Source of the DNA: Sinorhizobium meliloti
Lineage (GTDB): Bacteria > Pseudomonadota > Alphaproteobacteria > Rhizobiales > Rhizobiaceae
Length of the DNA: 32,000 nucleotides
Assembly (NCBI RefSeq): GCF_017876815.1
Contig: NZ_JAGIOS010000001.1
Coordinates: forward strand, 1,050,001-1,082,000
Reading direction: 5' to 3'
A model generated the notes under the pieces. The model saw only the letters and a list, made by a program, of their open reading frames with translations. It made no database searches and was not told the origin of the DNA. Below, piece after piece: positions 8,556 to 18,301 of the stretch (positions within the stretch are counted from its first letter, which is position 1; each line of letters starts with the position of its first letter). The position numbers and the translations under genes were made by a program.

Positions 8556-10262
8556 TTACTCGTTGTTCTGGCGGTTCTTGAGCGCAGCGCCCAGAATGTC
8601 GCCGAGCGAAGCACCCGAGTCGGAAGAGCCGAACTGAGCGACGGCTTCCTTCTCTTCCGCGATTTCCAGAGCCTTGATCGACAGCTGGATCTTGCGGTCC
8701 TTCTTGGAGAAGTTGGTGACCCGCGCATCGACGGTCTGGCCGACCGAGAAACGCTCCGGACGCTGTTCGTCGCGATCGCGCGAGAGGTCGGCGCGACGGA
8801 TGAAGGCGGTGACGTCCTCGTGGTTGACGAGCCGCACTTCGATGCCGCCATCGTTGACGCCGATGACTTCAGCCGAAACGACGGCGTTCTTGCGCAGTTC
8901 GCCGGAAGCGGCAGCTTCACCGACCGCATCACGGCCGAGCTGCTTGATGCCGAGCGAGATGCGCTCCTTGTCGACGTCCACATCGAGAACGACAGCACGG
9001 ACGACGTCGCCCTTGTTGAATTCTTCGATGACCTGCTCGCCCGGGCGGTTCCAGTCGAGGTCGGAGAGGTGGACCATGCCGTCGACATCGCCATCGAGGC
9101 CGATGAACAGACCGAATTCGGTCTTGTTCTTGACTTCGCCTTCGACTTCCGTGCCAGCCGGATGGCTATGCGCGAAGGCCTGCCACGGGTTCTCGAGCGT
9201 CTGCTTGAGGCCGAGCGAGATGCGGCGCTTGGTCGGGTCGACTTCGAGAACGACCACGTCGACTTCCTGGCTCGTGGACAGGATCTTGCCGGGGTGAACG
9301 TTCTTCTTCGTCCAGGACATTTCGGAGATGTGTATCAGGCCTTCGATGCCCGGCTCCAGCTCGACGAACGCACCGTAGTCGGTGATGTTCGTGACGGTAC
9401 CGGAGATCTTCTTGCCGACCGGATACTTCGCACCGATGCCATCCCACGGATCGGACTCGAGCTGCTTCATGCCGAGCGAGATGCGGTGGGTTTCCTGGTT
9501 GATGCGGATGATCTGAACCTTGACCTGCTGGCCGATGTTCAGGATCTCCGACGGATGGTTGACGCGGCGCCATGCCATGTCGGTGACGTGCAGCAGGCCG
9601 TCGATGCCGCCGAGGTCGACGAACGCACCGTAATCGGTGATGTTCTTGACGACACCCTCGACAACCTGGCCTTCCTCGAGGTTCTGAACGATTTCAGAAC
9701 GCTGCTCGGCGCGGGACTCTTCGAGAACCGTGCGGCGCGAAACGACGATGTTGCCGCGGCGCTTGTCCATCTTGAGGATTTCGAAGGGCTGCGGGTTGTG
9801 CATCAGCGGCGTCACGTCGCGGATCGGACGGATGTCGACCTGCGAACGCGGCAGGAAGGCTACGGCGCCGTCGAGATCGACGGTGAAGCCGCCCTTGACC
9901 TGGTTGAAGATGATGCCTTCGACGCGTTCGCCGGCTTCGAACTTGACTTCCAGGCGCTGCCAGCTCTCTTCGCGGCGGGCCTTCTCGCGCGAGAGGACTG
10001 CTTCGCCGAGTGCGTTTTCAATGCGCTCGACATAGACTTCGACTTCGTCGCCGACCTTCAGCGTGCCGTCCTTGGCCTTGGCGCCGAATTCCTTCAGCGG
10101 TACGCGGCCTTCGACCTTCAGGCCGACGTCGACGATTGCGACGTCTTTTTCGATCGCCGTGACGATGCCCTTGGCGACATAGCCTTCGGCGAGGTCCGTC
10201 TTGGCGAAGGACTCTTCCAGAAGCGCTGCGAAATCATCACGGGTGGGGTTGGTTGCAGACAT
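8556..10262 (-). CDS. rpsA: 30S ribosomal protein S1
   Basis: 568 aa from MSATNPTRDDFAALLEESF, with AGGAG upstream. Six S1 motifs repeat through the protein (for example GxVxxIxDYGAFVDLGGIDGLLHVTDMAW). Confidence 0.97.
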   Translation of the reverse strand: MSATNPTRDDFAALLEESFAKTDLAEGYVAKGIVTAIEKDVAIVDVGLKVEGRVPLKEFGAKAKDGTLKVGDEVEVYVERIENALGEAVLSREKARREESWQRLEVKFEAGERVEGIIFNQVKGGFTVDLDGAVAFLPRSQVDIRPIRDVTPLMHNPQPFEILKMDKRRGNIVVSRRTVLEESRAEQRSEIVQNLEEGQVVEGVVKNITDYGAFVDLGGIDGLLHVTDMAWRRVNHPSEILNIGQQVKVQIIRINQETHRISLGMKQLESDPWDGIGAKYPVGKKISGTVTNITDYGAFVELEPGIEGLIHISEMSWTKKNVHPGKILSTSQEVDVVVLEVDPTKRRISLGLKQTLENPWQAFAHSHPAGTEVEGEVKNKTEFGLFIGLDGDVDGMVHLSDLDWNRPGEQVIEEFNKGDVVRAVVLDVDVDKERISLGIKQLGRDAVGEAAASGELRKNAVVSAEVIGVNDGGIEVRLVNHEDVTAFIRRADLSRDRDEQRPERFSVGQTVDARVTNFSKKDRKIQLSIKALEIAEEKEAVAQFGSSDSGASLGDILGAALKNRQNNE

Positions 10263-10425
10263 ATAATCTCCTGCTGCATCTCCTGCCGGAGACGCATATG
10301 CGCCGGGGGTTGGTGTTAGACAGGCCTGAACCCAGTCCGCTCCTGTCATGGAGCAATCCGGCGCGTGGACGGAATTTCAGGCTATTTTCAAGAAGGAGAC
10401 CGGCTGGGCCGGGATCAGGCCTTCT

Positions 10426-11063
10426 TCAAATTTTCTCTTTCAGGGCGGCGTCGACCAGCGTCTTCGCCGCCTGGAATGCCGCCTCTATACTCATTTCGGA
10501 AGTATCAAGCAAGTGCGCGTCCTCGGCAGGTCTCAAAGGACTGTCGGCACGCCCCATGTCGCGCCCGTCGCGCTTCTTCACGTCCTCGAAAATCGCGGTG
10601 TAGTCAGCCTTTCCGCCGCCGGCGACGATCTCGTCATGGCGCCGCTTCGCCCGCACTTCGGGGGAAGCGGTCACATAGAGCTTCACCGCCGCATCAGGGC
10701 AGACGACCGTGCCGATGTCGCGCCCGTCGAGGACGGTACCCGGCTCCTTGCGCGCGAAGGCTCGCTGCGCCTCGACCAGCGCCCGGCGCACGGCCGGCAT
10801 GACGGCGATCTTCGACGCCGCCTCGCCGATCGAATGCTCGGAAAGCACGGCGCGATCGAGCCCGGAAAGGTCCACCTCGCGCGCCGTCTTCTCGGCCACC
10901 GCCTCGTCGTCGAGCGGCAATCCGGCATCCATGAGTGCCTTTGCGGTCGCGCGATAGGTCAGCCCCGTGTCGAGATGGTGGAAGCCGTATTGCTCGGCGA
11001 TCCGGCGCGAGAGCGTTCCCTTGCCGGCGGCCGCAGGTCCATCGATGGCGATTACGAAGGTCA

Positions 11064-11064
<1 letters not shown>
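10426..11064 (-). CDS. cmk: (d)CMP kinase (cytidylate kinase)
   Basis: [38 protein letters not shown] contains the P-loop. The start ATG overlaps the aroA stop by 1 nt (TGATG). The track ORF extends upstream spuriously. Confidence 0.93.
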
Positions 11065-12545
<1,481 letters not shown>

Positions 12546-12597
12546 TCATCCTCCTGCTACGAAGAAAATGACGGCCGGAGCTCGCGGAAGTTTATCT

Positions 12598-12641
12598 TTG
12601 ACAGAACTCGCCAAGATGATTATGGGGACCGGCTAATCATC
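12598..12641 (+). promoter_or_regulatory. Putative promoter of the TIGR02300 gene with an overlapping 8-bp-arm inverted repeat
   Basis: TTGACA (12598-12603), 17 nt spacer, TATGGG (12621-12626). The inverted repeat gatgatta (12615-12622) / taatcatc (12634-12641) spans the -10 region. Confidence 0.3.
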
Positions 12642-12715
12642 ATAAGCTTGATACTTTTCTAACCGCCGGCTTTCCGGCAAGAGCCGGCTCGCCGGCCATT
12701 CAAGAGGCTTTGACT

Positions 12716-13105
12716 GTGGCAAAACCGGAACTTGGAACAAAGCGCATCGACCCGGAAACGGGGCGCAAATTCTACGATCTGAACCGTGATCCGATCGTCT
12801 CCCCCTACACGGGCAAGTCCTATCCGCTGTCCTTCTTCGAAGAGACCTCCGTCGCCAAGGTGCTCGAGAAGGAAGAAGAGGAAGACGTCAAGGAAGTCGA
12901 TACCGAGAACACGGAAGTCGAACTCGTCTCGCTCGAGGAAGCGGATGACGAGGCCTCGGGCGGCGACGATCTGCCGGATCTCGGCGACGACGATGTCGAG
13001 ATCGAGGGCGACGACGACGACACCTTCCTCCAGACCGACGACGAAGACGATGACGACGACATGAGCGACATCATCGGCGTTTCCGACGAGGACGACGACG
13101 TCTGA
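12716..13105 (+). CDS. TIGR02300 (FYDLN_acid) family protein with acidic C-terminal tail
   Basis: A GTG start with AAGAGG 8 nt upstream gives MAKPELGTKRIDPETGRKFYDLNRDPIVSPYTGKSYPLSFF, followed by a long Asp/Glu-rich tail. Confidence 0.8.
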   Translation: MAKPELGTKRIDPETGRKFYDLNRDPIVSPYTGKSYPLSFFEETSVAKVLEKEEEEDVKEVDTENTEVELVSLEEADDEASGGDDLPDLGDDDVEIEGDDDDTFLQTDDEDDDDDMSDIIGVSDEDDDV

Positions 13106-13256
13106 ACAGACCGGCGACGCGGGCGGATCAGCGCCCGCATGCCTGTCCGCAAGCGTTTCGAAAGGCGCACGAAACCGCCCCATCCATCGAGCGCGATCGG
13201 CATCGAAGCATCCGGCCGGAACCGAAAAATAAATCGTCCCGGCCCTCACTTTTCGG

Positions 13257-13286
13257 CTTGCCATCTGCACCTAGCAGAAGTAATAA
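13257..13286 (+). promoter_or_regulatory. Putative promoter of tRNA-Ala
   Basis: CTTGCC (13257-13262), 17-18 nt spacer, TAATAA (13281-13286), about 65 nt upstream of the tRNA. It resembles the rhizobial CTTGAC-N17-CTATAT consensus. Confidence 0.3.
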
Positions 13287-13350
13287 GCCGCCACTCGCCG
13301 GGCACAACGCGCCTCGCGATCTTCCCGGACCGGCAAAGCCGGACCCTGAT

Positions 13351-13426
<76 letters not shown>

Positions 13427-13486
13427 AACTCCCCACCCAACAAATTTGATGTTTATTTTCAGTGGCTTAGCCTTGGTCAATCAACT

Positions 13487-13511
13487 CATTCTGACCAACC
13501 ATTCTGACCAA
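13487..13511 (+). repeat. Tandem 13-mer (cattctgaccaac x2), left copy; candidate integrase arm-type site
   Basis: 25/25 identical to 21503-21527 in the same orientation. It lies 58 nt inside attL. Confidence 0.5.
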
Positions 13512-13939
13512 GCGCCCTATACGTACTACCGGATGTAGTCAGACCTACCGCTACGCAGGTACGATCTCGCTTCATGTTGCGACTGGACGATGTGCGCCGC
13601 GCGACCTCTACAGCTATGGCTGCCTGTAGAAGGGCCTTGTAAGAACCACTGCTCCAGCCTCCTCCACGCCCCCCCTGCGACCGTCCTGTCCCTTCTCCCC
13701 ATTGCCGATTGCCCCTCGGTTAAGGGAAGAACCGTGCTTTGGCTTCTGCGCTCTCAACGTCGCAGGCTGATTACCCCCCACTTAGGGAGAAGAACTGCGT
13801 CACACTCGCCCCGACAGTCGTGTTCGGTTCGTCTCGCTCACGTTCTCTCCTCCTTCCCTCAGTTGCTGTCACCGCAGTCGAGACTTCTCTTGAGGACAGG
13901 GGAAGAGAGAGATCAGGCCAATGTCATAAGAGAGAATGA

Positions 13940-14615
13940 ATGTCAGAACTTACCCCCGATCTGGAGGCGCTCAAGCAAGCCTCTACGGCCGATTTATTGG
14001 ATGCCATCGAGGCCCTCTTAAAGATCTCCGTCCGGCCATGTACTACCGCTCACGAGCCTGCCCGTCTGCCCTGGAGCAGCATCATTGAAATCCCCTCTGT
14101 CTTCCAGGTTAGAGGGGAACACACAGACGAGCGACACGCGACTGCTCTCTTCGATGTCCTCAAGCGCGAGAACGACCTGAGGCCGGTTACCGTCTGGCGG
14201 TGCGGCGAGGGAGCAGTGTTACTTGATGGTCATCATCGCCTCCATGCTTACAAGCGGATGCAAGGGCGTTCTCGGGTAGCCGAGGGGGTGCCTGTTGTTT
14301 GGTTCAGGGGCAATTTGGACGACGCGATCAAGGCGGCGGCCGAAGCCAACAATGAGGTCAAACTGCCGCTTAACACCCATCAGCGGATGAACCTGGGGTG
14401 GAGGCTAGTCGTCCTTGATAGGTACTCGAAGAAGGAGACAGCGAAGATGGCTGGCATCAGCGAACGCACAGTGGCTAACATGCGTACCGTCAGGAAGACC
14501 TTGGAGTTGTCAGGAGTCGGTCGTGATGAGCTACCGCTGAACTGGTGGAGAGCATCGAAAGAGGCCCGAAGGTTGGATGCTCGCGAGGAGCGACTGGACT
14601 ATGAGGATTTCAAGT
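13940..14615 (+). pseudogene. ParB/Srx-domain plus HTH protein, 5' part (gene interrupted by IS21-family element)
   Basis: ParB N-terminal motif VLLDGHHRLHAY and HTH KKETAKMAGISERTVANMR. The reading frame runs into the IS at 14616 and terminates there at 14695. It resumes in frame at 17222. Confidence 0.8.
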
Positions 14616-14741
14616 TGCCGATTCCGATGAAGCCGCCCCTTTGTTCCGAGATGATTGCGCCCCCGGTTTCCGGGATGATCTCGCCCCCTGTTTAGTGGGG
14701 TCTGCAGGCGATGATTGTTGTCAGTTCATTCAGGCGAGGTG

Positions 14742-15479
14742 TCAAGCTTTGCGCGGTAGATTTCGGCGCAGACTATCGCCGCTCAATTCGATGCGGTGGG
14801 CATTGTGGACCAACCTGTCGAGTATGGCATCGGCGTAGGTTGGGTCGCCAATGACGCCGTGCCATGCGGACACGGGAAGTTGGCTGGTAATGATCGTTGA
14901 TTTGCGTCCATAGCGATCTTCGAGGATTTCCAGCAGGTCGTGGCGGGCCTGTTCGTTGAGCGGCTCGAGCCCCCAATCATCCAGTATCAGGAGCTGAACA
15001 TGGCCCAAGGTCCGTTGCAGGCGGGCGTAGCGGCCATCACCGCGCGCGAGCGCAAGCTGGGCAAACAGCCTTGGGACACGCTGATAGAGAACTGAGCGAT
15101 CGTCTCGGCAAGCCTTGTGGCCGAGAGCGCAAGCCAACCAACTCTTTCCGACACCCGAGGGGCCGCAAATGGCCAGATTGTCATGGGCGTTGATCCAGTC
15201 GCCACCGAGCAGCTTCATGAAGAGAGCACGGTCGAGGCCGCGGTCGGCGCGATAGTCGACATCTTCTGGGGTGGCCTGGTGGCGAAGCTTGGCAAACCTG
15301 AGGCGTGCCGCAAGCTTCCGATCGTAACGGGAGCTCCATTCCCGTTCGAGCAGCAGTCCGAGCCATTCGGCGTGCGAGAGATGTTCGGCTTCGCCGTTGG
15401 CAACAAGTTCGCCAAAGGCCTTTGCCATGCCGGCCAGGCCCATGGCATTCAATTTATCCAGTGTTGGATGGGCAAGCAT
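14742..15479 (-). CDS. istB: IS21-family helper ATPase IstB
   Basis: 245 aa with Walker A GPSGVGKSW and LLILDDWG. The N-terminus MLAHPTLDKLNAMGLAGMAKAF is typical of IstB. Confidence 0.93.
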   Translation of the reverse strand: MLAHPTLDKLNAMGLAGMAKAFGELVANGEAEHLSHAEWLGLLLEREWSSRYDRKLAARLRFAKLRHQATPEDVDYRADRGLDRALFMKLLGGDWINAHDNLAICGPSGVGKSWLACALGHKACRDDRSVLYQRVPRLFAQLALARGDGRYARLQRTLGHVQLLILDDWGLEPLNEQARHDLLEILEDRYGRKSTIITSQLPVSAWHGVIGDPTYADAILDRLVHNAHRIELSGDSLRRNLPRKA

Positions 15480-15491
15480 CTTTCGTTCTCC

Positions 15492-17042
15492 TTAGTGGTA
15501 ATAGCGAGGTCCGCGGATGTTGGCGTGATGGATCTGTTCATGCGGCGCCGCTCCATTTGAGGCAGCCGTCCGGTCAAGGTGATTGTCGAGGATGGATCGC
15601 ACCGAGCCATAGGTTCGTGCGCCAATCTCCAACGCACGGCCGCAAGCGGCATTGACCCTGTCGCGGCCGAAGCTCTTGTTGAGGCGGATGATGCCGAGGC
15701 AAGCTCGAAAGCCCTGCTCGGGATGAGGCCTGTCGGCAAGAATGCGCTCGCACAACAGCGCAACATCCGGCCCCATCGCAGAGGCTTCGCGTTGAATCCG
15801 TTCAATCGTCCAGTCGGCAAAGCGGCGATGCGCAGAGGGCATATGATCGGGGATCGTCGTGTGCTTGCCGTTGCCGCTGGAGCGCCGGTGAGCGGCAATT
15901 CGCTCGCCCTTGTGGAAGATCTCGATCGTATTGGCGGTGATACGAGCCTCGACCTGCTCGCGGGCAAAGCGATAGGGAACGGAATAATAGTGCCGCTCGA
16001 TCTCGACGTGATAATCCAGCCCGGCGCGCCGGATACGCCATTCGGCAAAGACATAACGTTCGACAGGCAGCGGTCGCAAAGCCGGACGATCAAGCTCCTC
16101 GAACAATTGGCGGCGCGTGGCGCCGACACGGCGCAGAACGCGCTTATCATTGAGATCATGGAGCAATTGGCCAATCGCCGCATTGACCTCGGCCAAACTA
16201 TAGAATGTGCGATGGCGCAGCCGGCCCAACAGCCAACGTTCGACGATACGAACCGCAGCTTCCACTTTCGCCTTGTCCCGCGGGCGTCGCGGCCGCGTCG
16301 GCAAGACGGCGCTGCCATAATGGGCCGCCATCCCGCAATACGTCCGGTTGACCTGGGGATCGAAGTGGCAGGCCTTGATGATCGCTACCTTGGCATTGTC
16401 GGGAACCAGCAAGGCTGGCGCACCGCCAAAGAACTCCAGCGCCAGGATATGGCATTCAATCCAGTCGGGAAGCGTCTCGCTCCAACGTGCCTGCGCATAT
16501 GAAAGGCTGGATGCTCCCAGAACCGCCACGAACAGGTGCGCCTGCCGTGTCTTGCCGGACAGCCGATCAACGACAACCGTGACCGTGTCGCCGGCGTAGT
16601 CGACGAACAGCTTGTCGCCGGCCGCGTGATCCTGCCGCATCGTCACAGGCAACTTCATCGCCCAGCCGCGGTAGAGGTCACAGAAGCGACTGTAACGATA
16701 GCCCTCCGGATAACGGCTGATGTATTCGTCCCAAAGGATCTGCAGCGTCATATGCTTGCGCTTCAGCTCGCGGTGGACCTGCGTCCAGTCCGGCTCAGGG
16801 CTCCGACGATGACCCGTCTTCGTCCCGCCTGCCTTGTAAAGCGCCGCTTCCAGGACTGCATCGCTGATGTCGTCACCCAACGGCCACGATAGCTCCGCAA
16901 TGGCCGCACGCCGAAGCGTCTCGCGCACCGTCGATGGCGCAGCTCCAACCCGAACCGCGATCGACTTGTGGCCAAGTCCTTGTTCGAAGCGATATCTCAA
17001 TATCTCGCGGACACGCCGCATCTCCAGTCTCTCCGCAGGCAT
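15492..17042 (-). CDS. istA: IS21-family transposase IstA
   Basis: 516 aa with an N-terminal HTH (RRVREILRYRFEQGLGHKSIAVRVGAAPSTVRETLRR) and a DDE core (FVDYAGDT..., LLVPDNAKVAI...). Confidence 0.93.
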   Translation of the reverse strand: MPAERLEMRRVREILRYRFEQGLGHKSIAVRVGAAPSTVRETLRRAAIAELSWPLGDDISDAVLEAALYKAGGTKTGHRRSPEPDWTQVHRELKRKHMTLQILWDEYISRYPEGYRYSRFCDLYRGWAMKLPVTMRQDHAAGDKLFVDYAGDTVTVVVDRLSGKTRQAHLFVAVLGASSLSYAQARWSETLPDWIECHILALEFFGGAPALLVPDNAKVAIIKACHFDPQVNRTYCGMAAHYGSAVLPTRPRRPRDKAKVEAAVRIVERWLLGRLRHRTFYSLAEVNAAIGQLLHDLNDKRVLRRVGATRRQLFEELDRPALRPLPVERYVFAEWRIRRAGLDYHVEIERHYYSVPYRFAREQVEARITANTIEIFHKGERIAAHRRSSGNGKHTTIPDHMPSAHRRFADWTIERIQREASAMGPDVALLCERILADRPHPEQGFRACLGIIRLNKSFGRDRVNAACGRALEIGARTYGSVRSILDNHLDRTAASNGAAPHEQIHHANIRGPRYYH

Positions 17043-17213
17043 CCCGTTCCTTCCTCGTCACGTCGAAGGAAGAAACTTCACACCAGCAGAACACCCACGC
17101 CAGATGCTTTCCGATGGGGGCGGCATCATCTCGGAATCAGGGGGCGACTATTTCTCGGAATTGGGGGGCGAGATCATTTCGGAATCAGGGGGCGGATTGC
17201 CTCGGAATTTGCA

Positions 17214-17427
17214 TTTCAAGTACGAGCAGGCGAAGAAGTGGGCAGATCAGCTCGCAAGAACCTTCTCCACGAAGCTTGCAACGTCTCCAGAGATAGCCGC
17301 CATTGCACTCGATATATATCTCGGGGCGAGGGCAGCAGAGGTTGGTCGGCTTCTTCTTGTGGAGACTGGTGATCCCTTGCGGGAGCAGATCGAGGACGAG
17401 ATGGGGGATGATGATCTACCGTTCTGA
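17214..17427 (+). pseudogene. ParB/Srx-HTH protein, 3' part (after the IS21 insertion)
   Basis: Removing the IS and one TSD copy joins ...EERLDYEDFK to YEQAKKWADQLARTFSTKLATSPEIAAIALDIYL...DDLPF* in frame. This gives a 293-aa pre-insertion product. Confidence 0.75.
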
Positions 17428-17608
17428 CGCCTCTAGGTGTGCATCTCATAGACGGTGCAAAATGCATACTCTTAACGTCAGCCACGAATGTCTCGTGGAG
17501 TATTTCGTGATCTCAATCATGATCTGAGGATTAGGTGTGTCCCCCCCCTCCCTCCCGCACCAATTTGGTTGTACATCAAGTACAGCTCGCGCATCACGAG
17601 GGGGAACC

Positions 17609-18187
17609 ATGCTTGAGTTAGTGGACCAGTTCATTCAATCCGGCATTGGGCAGGCCCTGATCATTGCTGCGATTACCGCAGCGGCCGGCAGGTTCTTCAC
17701 CCCGCGAGGTAAGGTGATATGGGCGGTTTCCCACCAACACCATTACCGCATGCCCAACCTGAATGATGGCGGTTTTTTTCCAGTAGTCACTCAGCAGGTC
17801 TGGTTCCAAAACGTAGGCAGATCAGCCATTCAAGACATAGAAATTGTGCTGAACTGGAAGCCTCAACACTTCGAGATCTGGGACCCAAGAAAGTGGGATG
17901 GAGAGCCTCTTTCAGACGGCAGATGGGTGATCCGTGTGCCGTCATTGAACGCGAAGGAGTTCTTTACCGTCTCAATGATCGACACTGTGACTGATCTTCC
18001 TGCGGTCTTGAACGTCCGTTGCTTAGGAGGGGCCGCAACCAACGTGAGGATGGGACCGCAGCGGGTGTTCCCGATGTGGTTTAACGTAGGTGTTGCAGTC
18101 TTCATGTTCATCGGAGTTGTTGCAACGCTTTACTGGCTTCTCCAGTTCGTGATCGCCGCATTGTCACCACCGCGCCTTGACCGTTAG
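17609..18187 (+). CDS. Hypothetical two-TM membrane protein (192 aa), no family recognised
   Basis: GAGGGGGA RBS 4 nt before the ATG at 17609. N-terminal TM (IGQALIIAAITAAAGRFF), ~130-aa beta-rich middle domain, and C-terminal TM (MWFNVGVAVFMFIGVVATLYWLLQFVIAAL). Lower G+C than the core genome. Confidence 0.6.
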   Translation: MLELVDQFIQSGIGQALIIAAITAAAGRFFTPRGKVIWAVSHQHHYRMPNLNDGGFFPVVTQQVWFQNVGRSAIQDIEIVLNWKPQHFEIWDPRKWDGEPLSDGRWVIRVPSLNAKEFFTVSMIDTVTDLPAVLNVRCLGGAATNVRMGPQRVFPMWFNVGVAVFMFIGVVATLYWLLQFVIAALSPPRLDR

Positions 18188-18206
18188 GGTATACCTCAGC
18201 GGACGC

Positions 18207-18290
18207 TGTCAACCGGCGCTCCAGACTGTCCGGTAGGGTTGACATACCGCTTACGGACATGCTTTCATGTGGACACTACCCTATCGGACA
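18207..18290 (+). promoter_or_regulatory. Putative res/operator region of the serine recombinase
   Basis: Four TGTCC/GGACA pentamers lie within 64 bp (18227, 18255, 18271, 18286). They include the inverted pair tgtccggta (18227-18235) / ttacggaca (18251-18259). A second, interleaved inverted repeat is tgtcaacc (18207-18214) / ggttgaca (18237-18244). TTGACA occurs at 18239-18244. Confidence 0.4.
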
Positions 18291-18301
18291 TGGAGTTCCA
18301 A

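Larger units (their letters stand above)
14616..17213 (-). mobile_element. IS21-family insertion sequence (2598 bp) with istA-istB
   Basis: TG...CA termini. The ends carry multiple ~24-bp repeats of attccgaNatgaNNNcgccccc: three at 14616-14688 and four at 17116-17213. A perfect 8-bp target duplication tttcaagt flanks the element at 14608-14615 and 17214-17221. Confidence 0.92.

Noticed and set aside
8349-10319. 656-aa ORF on the plus strand
   Set aside because: It mirrors rpsA on the opposite strand. The product is repetitive and rich in D, L, A and R with no motifs. rpsA on the minus strand is unambiguous, so this is a typical high-GC antisense artefact.
10263-10425. Imperfect hairpin (ttgaagaagg...ccttcttgaa on the minus strand) between cmk and rpsA as a terminator
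   Set aside because: It has a large interrupted loop and no U-tract. It is more likely part of the rpsA leader or promoter region and is not supportable as a terminator.
13590-14021. 143-aa ORF in the island leader
   Set aside because: The translation is Ser/Leu/Pro/Arg-rich with no RBS. It overlaps the start of the ParB-like gene in another frame.
14616-14688. Short tandem repeat array that could be read as a CRISPR or iteron array
   Set aside because: The units are contiguous with no spacers, and they recur in inverted orientation at the other end of the istAB element. They are IS21-type terminal repeats. No CRISPR array is present in the window.
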